The notes beneath the pieces were generated by a model. The model searched no databases. It saw only the letters and a list, made by a program, of their open reading frames with translations, and had not been told where the DNA came from. A stretch of 64,000 nt of DNA. It comes from Daphnia carinata. Lineage: Eukaryota. The stretch covers positions 4,402,001 to 4,466,000 of the forward strand of contig NC_081333.1 of the NCBI RefSeq assembly GCF_022539665.2. Reading direction: 5' to 3'. Below are positions 1-13,000 of the stretch, piece by piece; position 1 is the stretch's first letter, and every line of letters starts with the position of its first letter. Both the position numbers and the translations under genes were made by a program.

Positions 1-1160
1 TTACGCTCACTAAACGCACATCCAATTGGTTTTGGAATCGTAACAGGGACGAAAATCCGGAATTCCAGCCGTCGCAATGGACCGTTCGATATCCTCCACC
101 CAGCGCTGACATCAACTGGATCGATTTGAAAAAACCCCGCCCAATTTGGAGAACACTGGCACTCTATCTGCGATTGGCACTGACCTATTCTATTTACATA
201 ATCCTAATGGCTGCACCGGCTAGTGTCATCCGCTGGCTCCATTTGGAAGGACATGGCTTGGATGAAGGTTCAATCTTTTGGAAGCGATTCGTGTTGCCAA
301 CAATTGTATCTTTCTTCACCACCGAACTCACTGACTGGGTAACTGGGCAGGACCAACAACGACGTCATTTAACCGTAACTTCCATGTGTCTGGCCAGTTT
401 AAGATCCATCTGCTATTTGAACATAATCCTGTACTTGATACGAATGTTGGCCATGAAACCGCTTCCCTTATTATTTGCTGGCAAATTTTACAGCCAGGAT
501 TTCCGGCTGGAATGTCTTTTCTTCCCAGTGCACGGTAGTTTCGTTGCCTGTTGCATCATCGTTAACACGGCCAGCGGAATATTGATGAATCACCTGCGCA
601 TCGATTGTGTTCTTTCTTATCTCAAGAGTTTGTTCAAATTCCGGTCGGATGCGGAACAAACGGCCTTTAAGGATTCGTACAGAATCGATTTCGATTTTGC
701 CTCCAGTTATGCAGAATTGACAAGTAATTTTGCTCTGACCAGCTTTTTCATGACGATTTTCCCTGTGATCAGCTTGATTTCTTGCTCTTTTTCCCTCCTG
801 AGATTTTTGAGCGATAGGACTGCTTTAACTGAGATATATCCTGTTAGTCACACTGGTCACGATTTACACAAGGAATCGATCAACATGGTGCTGAGATTCG
901 CAATTGCATCACCTTTGGCATTGATTGTGTACCGACGAATCCAGTTGGGCCCTACCGTTCAATTATTGGATCCAGGTGTTGCCGCTCCTCTGTCTTTACT
1001 CATTCTGTACGTTACGTATCTGCTTTACGCTCAATTTAAATCAAGCAGGAAAAACGATTCCATTGAAGACGAGGAAGGTAATTCGATTCAAATGATGGCA
1101 CACGAATATGATCCAGTAGCTCAAATTCGAGCAGAGACACGTTTGGGGACTCAAGTTTAA
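1..1160 (+). CDS. TMEM63/CSC1 (OSCA family) membrane channel-like protein, 5' part outside the window, divergent
   Basis: The frame is open from base 3 (…QWTVRYPPPSADINWIDL…), resembling the OSCA 'W.V..AP.P.DI.W.NL' motif. It has multiple hydrophobic segments and 'FDFASSYAELTSNFALTSFFMTIFPVI…LRFLSDR', similar to the TMEM63 'F.FG..YA…..P…..K..VDR' motif. No introns over ~1.15 kb. Confidence 0.7.
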   Translation, partial: TLTKRTSNWFWNRNRDENPEFQPSQWTVRYPPPSADINWIDLKKPRPIWRTLALYLRLALTYSIYIILMAAPASVIRWLHLEGHGLDEGSIFWKRFVLPTIVSFFTTELTDWVTGQDQQRRHLTVTSMCLASLRSICYLNIILYLIRMLAMKPLPLLFAGKFYSQDFRLECLFFPVHGSFVACCIIVNTASGILMNHLRIDCVLSYLKSLFKFRSDAEQTAFKDSYRIDFDFASSYAELTSNFALTSFFMTIFPVISLISCSFSLLRFLSDRTALTEIYPVSHTGHDLHKESINMVLRFAIASPLALIVYRRIQLGPTVQLLDPGVAAPLSLLILYVTYLLYAQFKSSRKNDSIEDEEGNSIQMMAHEYDPVAQIRAETRLGTQV

Positions 1161-1553
1161 CATGTGTGATTACCGACGTTAAACAATTAAATAAATCTGA
1201 TTCAAGAAATTTGGCTGTCTCTGTTTTGTTATTTCGTTAACACTTCAAAATTGTGGGGGCGTATTTTTCACAATATTTTAAAACGATATTTCTTTTACCA
1301 TGCATTCTCTGTCACTGAACTGAGTTAACGAAAAAAAAAAGAAAAGGAGGAAAAAGATCTTTTGGCGCAAACTGAAAAAAGAGTTATGGCAAGGTAATAG
1401 ACAAAGAAAGGTGAAAGGAATGGTGAAAATCATTAGTGAAAGATACCCAAGGCTGAATATCGGTATTAGAAAAGATTGGGGGAGTGGGTCGCTTTACACG
1501 ACACGTGTAAAGGGCACATCTTTTTCATTTATATAATACACATACAACTTAAT

Positions 1554-2706
1554 TTAACCAAGGAAATGTTTCACCTTCCAGATCATTAGCTCCATGCACG
1601 CGATGGCGTCTTCTGTGCTGTTATGTCCTACAATTGATTAAAAGAAAAAAAATGCATTTAAACATTCTTAAAATAGTTGAATGCACTTTACTACCTTCGT
1701 TCTGAATGGTCTTTTCTAAAATATCGAACACCAATTTCTTCAATCCCCTTTTCAAGGGTGGTCCTCGAGCGTGTGGAAATACGATGCTCGTATCGACGAC
1801 CGTATCGTGGACCATCTGGGATATCATAAATCGAAATTACTATATCACAATATAGTTGCCATTAATAGATTAAATATTAACTTTAAGAGCACGCAAATCA
1901 GCGCCGAAATCATGTCCAATTAAAATAGTTTTGCTGGAAAACAAATTAAGGAGGAATGTCTGGACGTCTTCCAATGTTGTTGTGACGTCCCTTAAATCAT
2001 CCTCTGTGATGCCACTGAAACGTGTGTTGTAGTCGAGCACGGGATTGCTAGGTTTAACCAGCGTTTTGTAAGCAATCTTGCAATCGGATGAGACAACCGT
2101 AATGCAAATCAAGTCACTACCCTCGGTCGTGTAGCACATTTCGCAATCCAGCGCGTAGATGCCGTAATCATCGTCGGTGGGTGGCGGTTTTTCTTTCGTT
2201 TGGACGTAGTCTTCCAAGTTAGTGATGTTTTCAATGTTGGAAATGTGCCATTTGGCCGTGGTGCAACCTTTAGCTTCACTATTTTGACCACAACAGGTAA
2301 ATGGATTTGATGTTTTGGTTTGAGGATTCCGGAACGATCTACCCCAATGATAACAACACACACCTTGCTCCCTATATGTTTTTGCAAAAAAAAAAAAAAT
2401 TAAATGATTTCGAAGTTTAAAAAAAAGAAAGAATATAAACAACCCTAAGGGCGATCCTGTGGAATTCACGTTGTAACGAGTATTGCAGCGATCGCAAATA
2501 CGTTCATACAGAGCTAAAGAAACGGCAGATTTCGGACGAAAGCTATTTAAATTGGTCGCGTTGATGACGACACGATTTTTGCAGTACGGATGCGGTCGTG
2601 GATAGCCATTTAATTCCTGTTTCCTTGGGCTAATCACGTGACGTTGCATCACTTTATAAAAAGCAGGTCCCTTCAGAAGATTTGGGTCGATATTTGGCAA
2701 AGGCAT
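1554..2706 (-). CDS. Short REXO1-like DEDDh 3'-5' exonuclease paralog A (4 coding exons)
   Basis: Contains NGYPRP, CDRC…CCYHWG…CC…GC…H, Exo[10 protein letters not shown], ExoII GHDFGADL and ExoIII GHNSTEDAIACM (last exon ~1554-1630). Introns are at the same positions as in the REXO1 gene at 10-13.6 kb. Confidence 0.85.
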
Positions 2707-3038
2707 TGTCGTCTAAATTTGGAAGTCAATACCCTTTTTGGTTATAAGATAAAGGACCATTTTAATGTACTACATTACATTACAGATGTAACCTTACCAA
2801 ACTTGAGATAGCCAAACATACGTTTCACTGGGTGCGACTAGTGTAGAAAATGGACCGTGTCTTGTGTGAGGAACGTTTGAACTGCGATTCTTTATTAGCA
2901 GAATAAAAGACATCGTATAAACAACGTCATTTCAAACACGTACAGACTTGTTCTAGGAATAATACAGTACTAACCGATTAGCGATAATTCCACTACATTT
3001 ACGCGATAAAATAGAAGTAGATAATAATGTTTAAAACT

Positions 3039-4158
3039 TCACCAGTTTTTTGTTTTTCGCATCATGAGTTCCATACATGCCGTAGCATCTTCGACACAGC
3101 TATGTCCATTACCTATATTTAAAACGAAACACATGAAAAAATACAAAATTTGGATGTCATATTAGTAATTTGAATTGCTTTACCTGGTTTCTGGATGTTT
3201 TTGTTCAAATACACCTGACAGAGCGTCTTTAGAGCTCTTTTAAAACCAGGGCCTTGGGAATGTGGGAAAACGACACTAGTATCAATAACCGTATCGTGTA
3301 TCAGCTGTATAAATTCATTACGAAAAAATAAGATAAAATTTTGAAATTAGACATTCTAACATTAAAAGAGGCAACTCATATTACTCGTAAAGCTCGGAGG
3401 TCTCCGTCCAAGCTATGTCCAATCAGAATTGTCTTGTTACAAAACTTGTCTAGTAATATATCCTGTACATCTCGTAACGTCGTTGTAACGTATCGTACAT
3501 CTTTTTCTGAAATTCCGCTGAATCGGGTGTTGTAATCGAGAACGGGATTGCTGGGCTTCACTAATGTGTCCAGGACTGTTTTGCATTCGGAAGAGACGGC
3601 CGCCACATGCAAAACTTCGCTACCCTCAGTAGTGTAGCACATTTCGCAATCTAGAGCGTATACACCGTAATTCCCATCCACCGGTTGCGGCTTGTCTGTC
3701 GCGCGGACGAATCCTTTCAAATTGTCTAAATTTTCGCTAATGTGCCATTGGTTTATTGTGCAGCCAGTGGAGTTTGAATCGCGAGAACAGCAAGTGTAGG
3801 GCGTCTTGTATCCACGACGTTGATACGATCTACCCCAGTGGTACGAACAAGGATCGCCTCTAAAATTAGACGAGTCAGAATTTACATAATTCCATGTTAA
3901 AAATCGGTTTATTTACCTATTAATGGGCATTCCTTTGTTATCAACTCTAAAAATGGTACCGCAACGATCACAAATCCGTTTGTCAGGTGCTAATTGGACA
4001 CCTGGCATTGATCGTACTTGCGTGATGTTTTTCGAATTAATTACAGCACGATCTTTGTCGTAATGTGGTCGAGGATAACCATTAAATTCTTGTTGCTGTT
4101 CTGTCAAAACGTAACGTTGCAGCGATCGATAAAGAGCACCTCCATCCATTTTGGTCAC
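3039..4158 (-). CDS. Short REXO1-like DEDDh exonuclease paralog B (start codon uncertain, nearest ATG 4149)
   Basis: Contains [34 protein letters not shown] and a last exon GHSCVEDATACMELMM…NW* (stop 3039-3041). Same intron positions as REXO1. Confidence 0.85.
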
Positions 4159-6106
4159 AAGAAAACAAACTTCGATTATATCAGTTCCATTACCTGCTCA
4201 CCGAAAACAAAACAATACCAACTCAGGTGAGAAACAAATGAAGACTGGCTCACAATTTCCGATACTAAGTGCAAAATATTGGTATACAGATGGCGTGGCA
4301 TACAAGTTGAAACTGTTTAGTTTCTAGAGGGCACCTTTTGTCTGACTATAATTGCAACGTTTAAAAAAATATGAATGGAGTTGTGTCATCATGCATCAAA
4401 TATGAAGAGATTCGCAATTTTGCAAAGGAAAAAAAGACGCCTAATCGTTTTTCCGGAGGCTATTGTTCATTACAATAATGATTGACGTGCGTAACAACGC
4501 CATGGCATTGTTATTGTGAAAGTACTTAACAGTACAACCGGATTCGTAACCATCAGTCAATTAAATATACGCAATTATTCAGCTCTACCATAAACGATAG
4601 AATGGGGGGAAAAAAGGAGGTCCATTTGCATAAGATGACCATGTAGCTCAACATTATAGAGCATCTTCCTTTCAACCGAATTCACGTAGAAGGTCATGCA
4701 ACGAAACGACTAGCCAGGGTTTCCGGATTTCCTGGAACACGGTTCAAAGAATTTCTATTTTTCTTTTTTGGGAATACCTCGTGAAACTTTCTTTTTGACA
4801 CATTTTACATCCGACAGGAGTGCCCAGCCACTACATGTCCACAAAAAGTACCGCCACGGACATCTTGTCTCAGTTTCCGTAGCGGAACTGCTGACGTTGC
4901 ACACGTTTTCCAAACGTATAAGGCATTTTGGGAAAGTCATGCCGGCTGGTAATGTCCACGCTACAACCTGCATGTTAATGTGGGTTCGACTTTCTTGTTT
5001 TGGCAGCCACAAAACTGACGAATCCTTTTTTTTTTTGCTTCTTCTACACCATTTCCTGAGCGGAAACGACGCGAAGTCTTGCACCTGCAAGTAAAAAATG
5101 TAGGCAGATAACAACAAAGTGGTTATTCAGTTAATCATGTAACAGAAAAAAACAGTTAGGCATCGTTGATTTTGACAGCTATTTCACAATCCAAATGGGC
5201 TTTTTGTGAATATCTTCGCCGAGGTCTGATAATTTTATCCGGATGAACACCCGATTATGACTTTGCCATAAGGCAACGCGTTGAAGGTCATGGAATAAAT
5301 TTTAAAATAAAATGGAGGAGTCAAAGCTTTTTAATGATGACTACAGAAAGTAGCTTCTATTTTTTTATGAGCCCAGATCCGTAAAAGACGAATCACGAAC
5401 GCAAAAACGAGGTCTTTCCGTGAGACCACGTTTATGATGTCTCTTTTTCCTCGTTACCGCCCACTCAAAGATACCGCCGGAAGCAAATTTGCATTTCTTT
5501 TTTTTTCCCATCTATCAAAAACGATAGAAATAAAAGAGGTATTTGCCCTTAGTTCAATACGTTTTATGCTATTCAAGACAGAAGCTGTTTGAACCGGATG
5601 GTTGTTGGACTCGTGACGTAAGTTGCAGAACGCTCGAAACATGAAAGGCTGCATTCGTGTCACGAACGCTGTTGAATTAGACATTCAATCCATTACATGG
5701 TTGACCGATAATGGAAAGAAACAATAGCAGCATTTTGGTTTTTTCAAGCATCACGTTAAAAGGAAATGTTTCTACTTTTTTGTTTCCATTCAAAAAATTT
5801 TAATAACATTTGAGATAATAATATTTGACATAATTTAAAAAAATTCCGGTTATTACATACGTATGACGTATACATAGGGTGATGATCATATTATCTCGAG
5901 CCTCATATTGGTCAATTTTAAATGAGATTTCGAAATGACGAGAACCAATACGTAGTGGACTTTCTTTAGGAGAAATCAGAAGCTTCGCCTTTGCTCGAAA
6001 ACAGCTCGATTGAAGCATTAAAAACAAAACGAGTATTACGACCACTTGATATCCCGATCCTTTTTGTTTCTTTTTACGGATGTTGTTGCGCTTTTCTTCT
6101 TTTTGT

Positions 6107-6589
6107 TTAAATCACTGTTTCAGTCGAAAACACTTCGGATGCACCCGGTTTGTTATCAACACTGGCAATCTCTTGTTGAAGGATTTGTCTCGGGGCACTC
6201 GTTCCGTTGTTGCCAACTGTTAAAGGCGTGACAACCCGCATAAACGCCTTCACATTCTTCAGGACGATGGACTCGGTCGTTTCTGTTGGAACGTTAGCAG
6301 CGGTATGTTGACCGATGAATCGCGGATGGCGTAGTTCTGTTGCTAATGAAGCTGCATTGTTATCATATTGTTCCTGTCTCGTACTGTTCCTCGCTTGTGA
6401 TGCAACCGTTACGACCAACACAGCCACGATGCTAACCACTAACTGTTCAACGAAAGTAGAAATAAACATTGTAATTATCCCGCGTTAAATGTTTGAACAA
6501 GTAAAACTCACCACACTAAAGACAGCGACCAAATATTTCGGTTTACTTGTCGTTACCGGGTTTACTTTTTTTTCGACGGTGTTCGTCAT
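6107..6589 (-). CDS. Hypothetical single-pass membrane or secreted protein (~137 aa, 2 exons)
   Basis: ATG 6589 exon (MTNTVEKKVNPVTTSKPKYLVAVFSV|gtgagt) splices in phase 0 to the acceptor at ~6442 (LVVSIVAVLVVTVASQ…), giving one continuous hydrophobic helix. No family recognised. Confidence 0.5.
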
Positions 6590-7830
6590 GGTTTTGTTGT
6601 CGGATGTGGAATGATTGGTAGGAAACATTGTTCAGCGTGGTTATAGGTGGACCTGCGTTGTTTTATAGCAAAGGAACAATGAGTCATCAGAATTTTGGCA
6701 AGAAAAACCAGCAGAGTATGACAGCAACGGTAGGAAGAGTCGAAGTCCACAATGTGGGCTTTTGTTTTTTTAAAAACGTAAGAAAAATTTACGCCCCGGC
6801 ACGACACTTCCGTGCAATGAGTCATGTACACGCGTTAGGTGAATCAACTCGGGAGTGTACCTCACACGCAATGGGCATACGACAATGAAGTTTGTAAAGC
6901 GTTACACACACCATTCGTTAATAGCTTTAAGTTTTGCTCCAATCAAAAATGTAATTCACTTACCAGCGTGCAAAGTAGTTGTCACGAAGAGTAGGTTGTT
7001 ATCTCCGTCACTGGGAGTCGTGTGCGGCTGGAATGACTGTTGGAGGTCGAATGGATCGTGTCTTCCTCCTGACGCTCTCTTTATTTCAGTCTTTCAATAA
7101 AGAACAAGAAAAGGAAAGAAGAAGAAAATAAACCTGTTCCGTATCGCTTCAGGGCAGGGGGGAAGTCCCTTGGCTCAGATATCTGCAGGTACGTAGAGTG
7201 AGAAGATGGATAAGCGACTGCTGCTGGAGACTTGAACCTCGAAGCCTTCTTCTGGTACAGTATAGCGTGAGAACACTGAAAAATCTTACTTTCTTTTCAA
7301 ATGGCAGGATATACATAGCGCCCACTCATGCCTTATGGGCTCAAAACCATCAATCATCTTGACCTCCTCGCCCACCTCTTTCTGTCGCTTTCACTGTATA
7401 ATAAGTATCCGTTTGAAGGGGATTCCGTTAATAGTTCCGGAAAATTATTAGAAGAAACCGGTTGACCTGTTCGAACTTGTTCTAGGGATTTTCTTAAATC
7501 CCTTGGCTACCAGTTTTTTCTTCAAATCCAAGTCACATACATGATCTTTAATACTGGTTGCTTTTATTCCTTCCGGCACAGAGGCAAAGAAAAATGTTTT
7601 AAGAAAAAAGAAATTATAGTTAAATTCTTGACTGAATTGGGATGTATCAAACTGACGAAAGGCCACGTCAACGAATTAATGTAACAGGGGAAAACGTTGA
7701 GGGACAGGCGTCTTAAATATACAACTGCTTAATGACGAGATCATTAGTTAAGAACAAACAGAAATAAGCCAACTGTTTTAAAGGCAATAATCCGGGCAAA
7801 GCCTTTCAGAAGAACAAAAGGATGATATTT

Positions 7831-9578
7831 TTAAATAGATACTACCCGCTGGCGTTTACATTGAGGTTCATTGTTGGTCTCATTCTCTTTGAGACTGGCG
7901 AAGGGCATGGGAAGCGTATCGACGTCGCTGTTTGCAAAGATTAGTTCGTATACTTTAGTAATCACCTCGTCGTCCATCATCCATTGATCCTCCATTATAG
8001 CCTCTAATGTAGGACGTTGAATGGGGTTGACTTCCAACATTTTTCTGACCAAGGCCAATCCTTCGCTGGACACTTTACTCCATCGTTCTTTTCTCAGCAG
8101 ATAAGCTCCTACATTAAAATTGTTTAACCATCTAAAACCAAGCGGATGCGAAGGAATTTTTGAAAAGGATAGGGGAACTAACCTTTCACAATGTTATCTT
8201 CAGCCGGATACGAATGAATAAATGGGTGGTACCCGGACAAGAGGAGAAACAGGATCACCCCTAGGCTCCAGACGTCAACAGCGCTGGTATAGGGTCGGTT
8301 GATGGTCCTGTTACAAATCACTTCCGGCGCCAAATACAGCGGCGTACCGCAATAAGTTTTGCATACGGTTTCTTCGTCAACAAATTTGGACAGACCGAAA
8401 TCCGAGATCTAGCTCAAGGTAATGGATCAATGTCGTGCGCTAGTTTGGATTAAAAATTGCGATGTTATACTTTAAGAATGGCGTTATCGTCCTGACTAGA
8501 CATCAAAATATTCTCAGGTTTCAAATCGCGGTGAACAATCCCTTGTTTGTGCAAATATTGGACGGCCAACAACAATTGGAAAAAATAGTATTTTCCTGTC
8601 GATTCTTTAATCTGAGTTTCACTCTTGATTCTTTTCTGCAAATCCCCTCCGTTCATTAATTCTAGAACAAGATGGATAGACTTGGCTTTGCAAATGCTAT
8701 CTTCTACCTAATTACAAGGGCACAACTACAATTTCTAGACAAAGAAAGTGATAATTGAACTTCCATACCTTAACAATGCCAGGATGTTCCAAAGTGCAGA
8801 GTAAATCCGACTCGTTTTTCAGTTGTTGTACAGCGTCGGCTCGTTTAGCATCATTGTAACAATTCGTTTGGTGTCGTACACTTTTAATAGCATATTTTTT
8901 GTTCGAGCTTTTATGAACAGCCAACCATACTTCACCAAATGACCTGGCGGACCAAAATCGAAGCAAAACAGTTAACTACGCAAAAGCCAACTAGATTCAT
9001 TCAATAAACAAAATACCCTTTTCCAAGGTTTTCAACAATTACAAATTTTCTGTTGATGTCTGCAGGAAAGCCAGGATTTCTATGCTGGGTGTCCAAGTAG
9101 ATGAAGACTTTGCCCTTAGAACAAGTCATAGAGATTTCGTCTCCATGAGTCAGCAGCTTGTTCCTCCCTTTCCCAATTTTGACACCATTTACAAATGTCC
9201 CGTTTGCTGAATAATCTTCTATGATTGTCTGATAATCAGCAGTCACGTCCTTGATTCTTTTGAAACCACAGTGAACCCGACTAAGGTTATTTAAATTGAT
9301 TCTACAATTTTCTTGGCAGATAATAATATCATTCACTACCCCACGCCCCACTTTGTACAAATCTTTTCCATGTCTGAGATTATTAAAATATAATTTAATG
9401 TGACATACAAACATGCAGAAATAATTTTAAAAAATACAGACCTTAGCCTTTCAGTTTCCAGGTCACGATTACTGGTCCAAAACAACAATCCCCACGAGGG
9501 TGAATCGTTCGTCGGTGCTACATTTTCTGCATCTTCGTCCACGTTTTGACTCATTGGCTGCGTATCTTTTTCGGTCAT
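7831..9578 (-). CDS. CHEK2: Checkpoint kinase 2 (FHA + Ser/Thr kinase)
   Basis: N-terminal TQ/SQ; FHA motifs VGR, SRVHC, SANGTFVNG; kinase motifs LGKG|SFGEV, YAIK, HRDLKPEN, DFGLSK, CGTPLYLAPE, DVWSLG; basic C-terminal KRQR. Confidence 0.9.
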
Positions 9579-10009
9579 CGTAGAAGATGATAAAACCAGC
9601 TATGGAAGCACTTTTGAGACATTGAACAAAAGAAATTTGAGATGGATCAAATTCGACGTTTAAATGTTTCTCAAATTTTGTATGTCCTCGAATGAAATGG
9701 GAAAACATTGGTTTATCCAATGTTGCCAATTTTAGAGGATAAAAATTTTAAGACAAAAAAATTAACCTTGACTTAGGGCAGGATTTAGCTCATAATAGTT
9801 ACTCGTTGTTTATTTCATTTTTTAAAACTAAATCGTAATTTCCGCAATTTCACTTTACGATATAACACATTGCAGCTGTTGTTATTGTTTAATGTTAGCG
9901 CCTCCTCTTTCCTACGCGCATTGATTTCGTGTGTAAAAATTTTTTTATTGTCATATTATTATTCGCCAAGAAGACCTTTATTGTAAATTAATATTAACCA
10001 GGAGGGAGC
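9579..10009. promoter_or_regulatory. Probable bidirectional promoter shared by Chk2 and REXO1
   Basis: The divergent start codons are only ~430 bp apart (9578 on - and 10010 on +). Confidence 0.55.
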
Positions 10010-13000
10010 ATGCTTCCTGCAGTTGGCTACTTTAAAAGTATCGTCTGTCCTTATTTCGAAAATGAGTCGTGTGAGAGGCCACACTGTCAATTCCGGCACG
10101 AACACTTGCCCGTTCGTGCAGCTAAGCCAACTGTGGTGCTCAGAAGTATGCATGTTTTTTTCCTTTAATTCGACCCGAAAAATTCATTATTAACTGGATT
10201 TTTACCTTTCCAGCTCATGAGCCTGGTCCATCTCAAGGCAATCAGGAAGGGGATAAGTCTTCTGCTATTGAACAGATAGTTTCCGAAGCTGTCAAACGGG
10301 TATTGAAGGAAAATGGGCAGCTCTTGGAGAACTTTGATGCCTCCAAAATCATGGAGCTTGTTGGCCAGCAGAAATTGGTTGAGAAGGTTGTGGAGCATCT
10401 TGCTCCTCCCTCAAGTCCAAAAAAAAATGATGGAAGCTCTAGAGAATCTGGCCATAAGAGCAAAAATCACAAAATCTACAACATACCTGTTGGAACTCCT
10501 GCCTATACTCCCACACCAATTGCTGTCCTTAAGAAAACTATGACAATTCCCTCCAAGGTTGAAAATTATGAGCCTTCAAAGTCTTCTACTGGTTGTGTTG
10601 CTACTTATAAGCCCAGCAGCAAAGTTGCTTCCAAATCGGAAGAAACCTATGTACCAACGGCTCTGGAAAGTACTTCAATTCCATCTAGAGTTGATATATA
10701 CTATGTGCCTAGTAATTCTTCCAATAGTTCAACTGCCACCTATAAGCCTAGTAAAGTTGTCGTGAAATCAGAAGAGGGTTACACGCCATCCACCTTGGAA
10801 AACACGCCTGACGTCAATTACACGCCTAGTAGTAGAGATTCGGATAACGTCATAAGCGATCGATATACGCCTCCGTCCAGTTTGGACTGTGACGTCGATT
10901 ACCAGCCGACTACTCGAGAATTGAGCTCAGTCGAACCGTCCTATTCTCCTAGTTGTACAACATTTAAATCTGGAATTGCTGATTATTCCCCCAGCTCAAT
11001 TTCAACGTTATCCACTGAGCCTAGTTATAGTCCCGCACCAACGAGTAGTAGCGTTTCATTCGAGGTGGACTACACGCCAAGCTCTTTAACCAGCGGTCAA
11101 CAGTTAACGCCTGAAAAGTACCTCGAATTGTTTGAAGATGGGGAACAGCCCAAAGAGGCTGAAGAGAAGAAAAAACACAAGAGCAGCAAAGATGAGGATA
11201 GGCGGAAAAGAGAAAAGGAAAAAGAGCGTGAAAGGGAAAGACGTCGACGGAAAGAAAAGGAAAGAGAAAGAGAGAAGAAAAAGAGTCGGTCAAGCTCAGA
11301 TCAAGATTCCAAATCCAAACATTCAAGCAGCAAAAAGTCGAGCAGCACCAGTCCTAGAAAAAGCAAATCGTCAGATGGTAAATCTTCAGACTCGCAAAAG
11401 TCAGAATTAAAATCACATGAATCTAAGTCATCGAAAAACGAAGTGGAAATGGAATCGGATTCTGATGTAGATGAAGAATGCTATCGAATATTCAAGGTGA
11501 GATTATTTGCGTTTCGTCACGTACTTCAAAGATTAATGCTTTTATGTGCAAACCATTTAGGAATACCAACCGAGTACGACGAGCAGCAATGGGCAAAACG
11601 ACGACCACAAGAAACGGAAGTCGGAAGATGTCCCTCCTGTTTCCGAGGTCATTATTCCCGTGAAGAAGCAACGTGTAGCTCACACGTCCGTTGAAGCTCC
11701 AGTCAGATCATCTAGCCTTGTTCCTCCCAAGCCTGCACCACGCCTTACACCAGGAATGATGATGATTGATCGTTACAAGGCTTTCCAAGAGGCCAAAACA
11801 GCCTCTGCGAGTGGGGCGCAGTCTTGGCCACAGCATTCTTCAACGTCACAACGAATCGCAGCTCCATCTTCATCTAGTGCCGAGAAGAAGCGAATCGCCC
11901 ATGTTCCTAATGTGATGGGCTTACTTACTTCCAAACCTAAAAATACTCCGGCTGTAACTACCCCTGGTCTTCCGGTAAGTTCTTCTTTACTGTCTGGCCA
12001 ACAACAATCAACAGCACAACAGAAAGCTGTAGGAGGCAATGCATTCCGGCGACCTGTTCCGAACAAAACGGCCACTCCCACATCTTCAACCGTTCCAGCA
12101 GTTAAAGCCCCACCACCTAAACTTCCAAGACCGATGATAGCTGTCGAGTTGGGCTGCCGAGTTCCCGCCAATATCCGTCAAAAATATCTGAATATCCTCG
12201 TTGACGAAACGCTCAAAATTTATGATCGAGAAGAAGAAGCCTACGAAAGAGCAGTGGAAGAAGAAAAACAGTCTTACGCAAAGTGTAGCAGTAGGATTGT
12301 CTATGCTAACGTCATTACCAACGTGGTTCAACGAATCCGCAAAGAGGCTGAAAATAGCAATAACTCCACATCTGCTAATCAAAGTATTTCAATTTTTTGT
12401 TTTTAAAATTAACACTGTTTTAACCTTTTGGCTGTTGTCCAGACGAAAAGAAGACAATGTCTCACTCAGCTGTGTTGGCTGGAAAAGGAGGAGCCACTGT
12501 GTCTTGGAGTATTGAAAAACCAAAGTCTGCTAGGATCGATTCGAATCTCTTAAGAGGCAGCACGTTGTACAAATTGATGGAACGATATCTCTTGACTCTT
12601 GAGCAACAAGATTTCAACGGCTATCCTCGGCCGGATCCCAGTGAAAAGGGTCGTGCAATTGTCAATCCGATTAATAAATTCCGCACAAAGCCTAGTGTCA
12701 ACCTCGCACCTGATCAGCGCGTTTGCGATAGATGCAATACCATCTACAAAGTCAATAGCAAAGGCCTGGCAGTCAAAGAGTTGAGTCAATTAATATTTAA
12801 CCATTTTACTAAATTCTGAATTTGCTTTTCACGTTTTAGGGATGATACCTGTTCCTACCACTGGGGCAAGCCTTTTGCACGTCGCGGTGAGACTCGCTAT
12901 ACCTGCTGTAAAGGGGAGGCAAACTCGGACGGTTGTTCGGTGGCCAAATGGCACGTCAGTGATACTGGAAGTCTTGTCAACCTGAAAGGATTTGTGCGCA

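Noticed and set aside
7225..7240. Pol III B-box-like GGTTCAAGTC on the - strand
   Set aside because: There is no A box or cloverleaf at suitable spacing.
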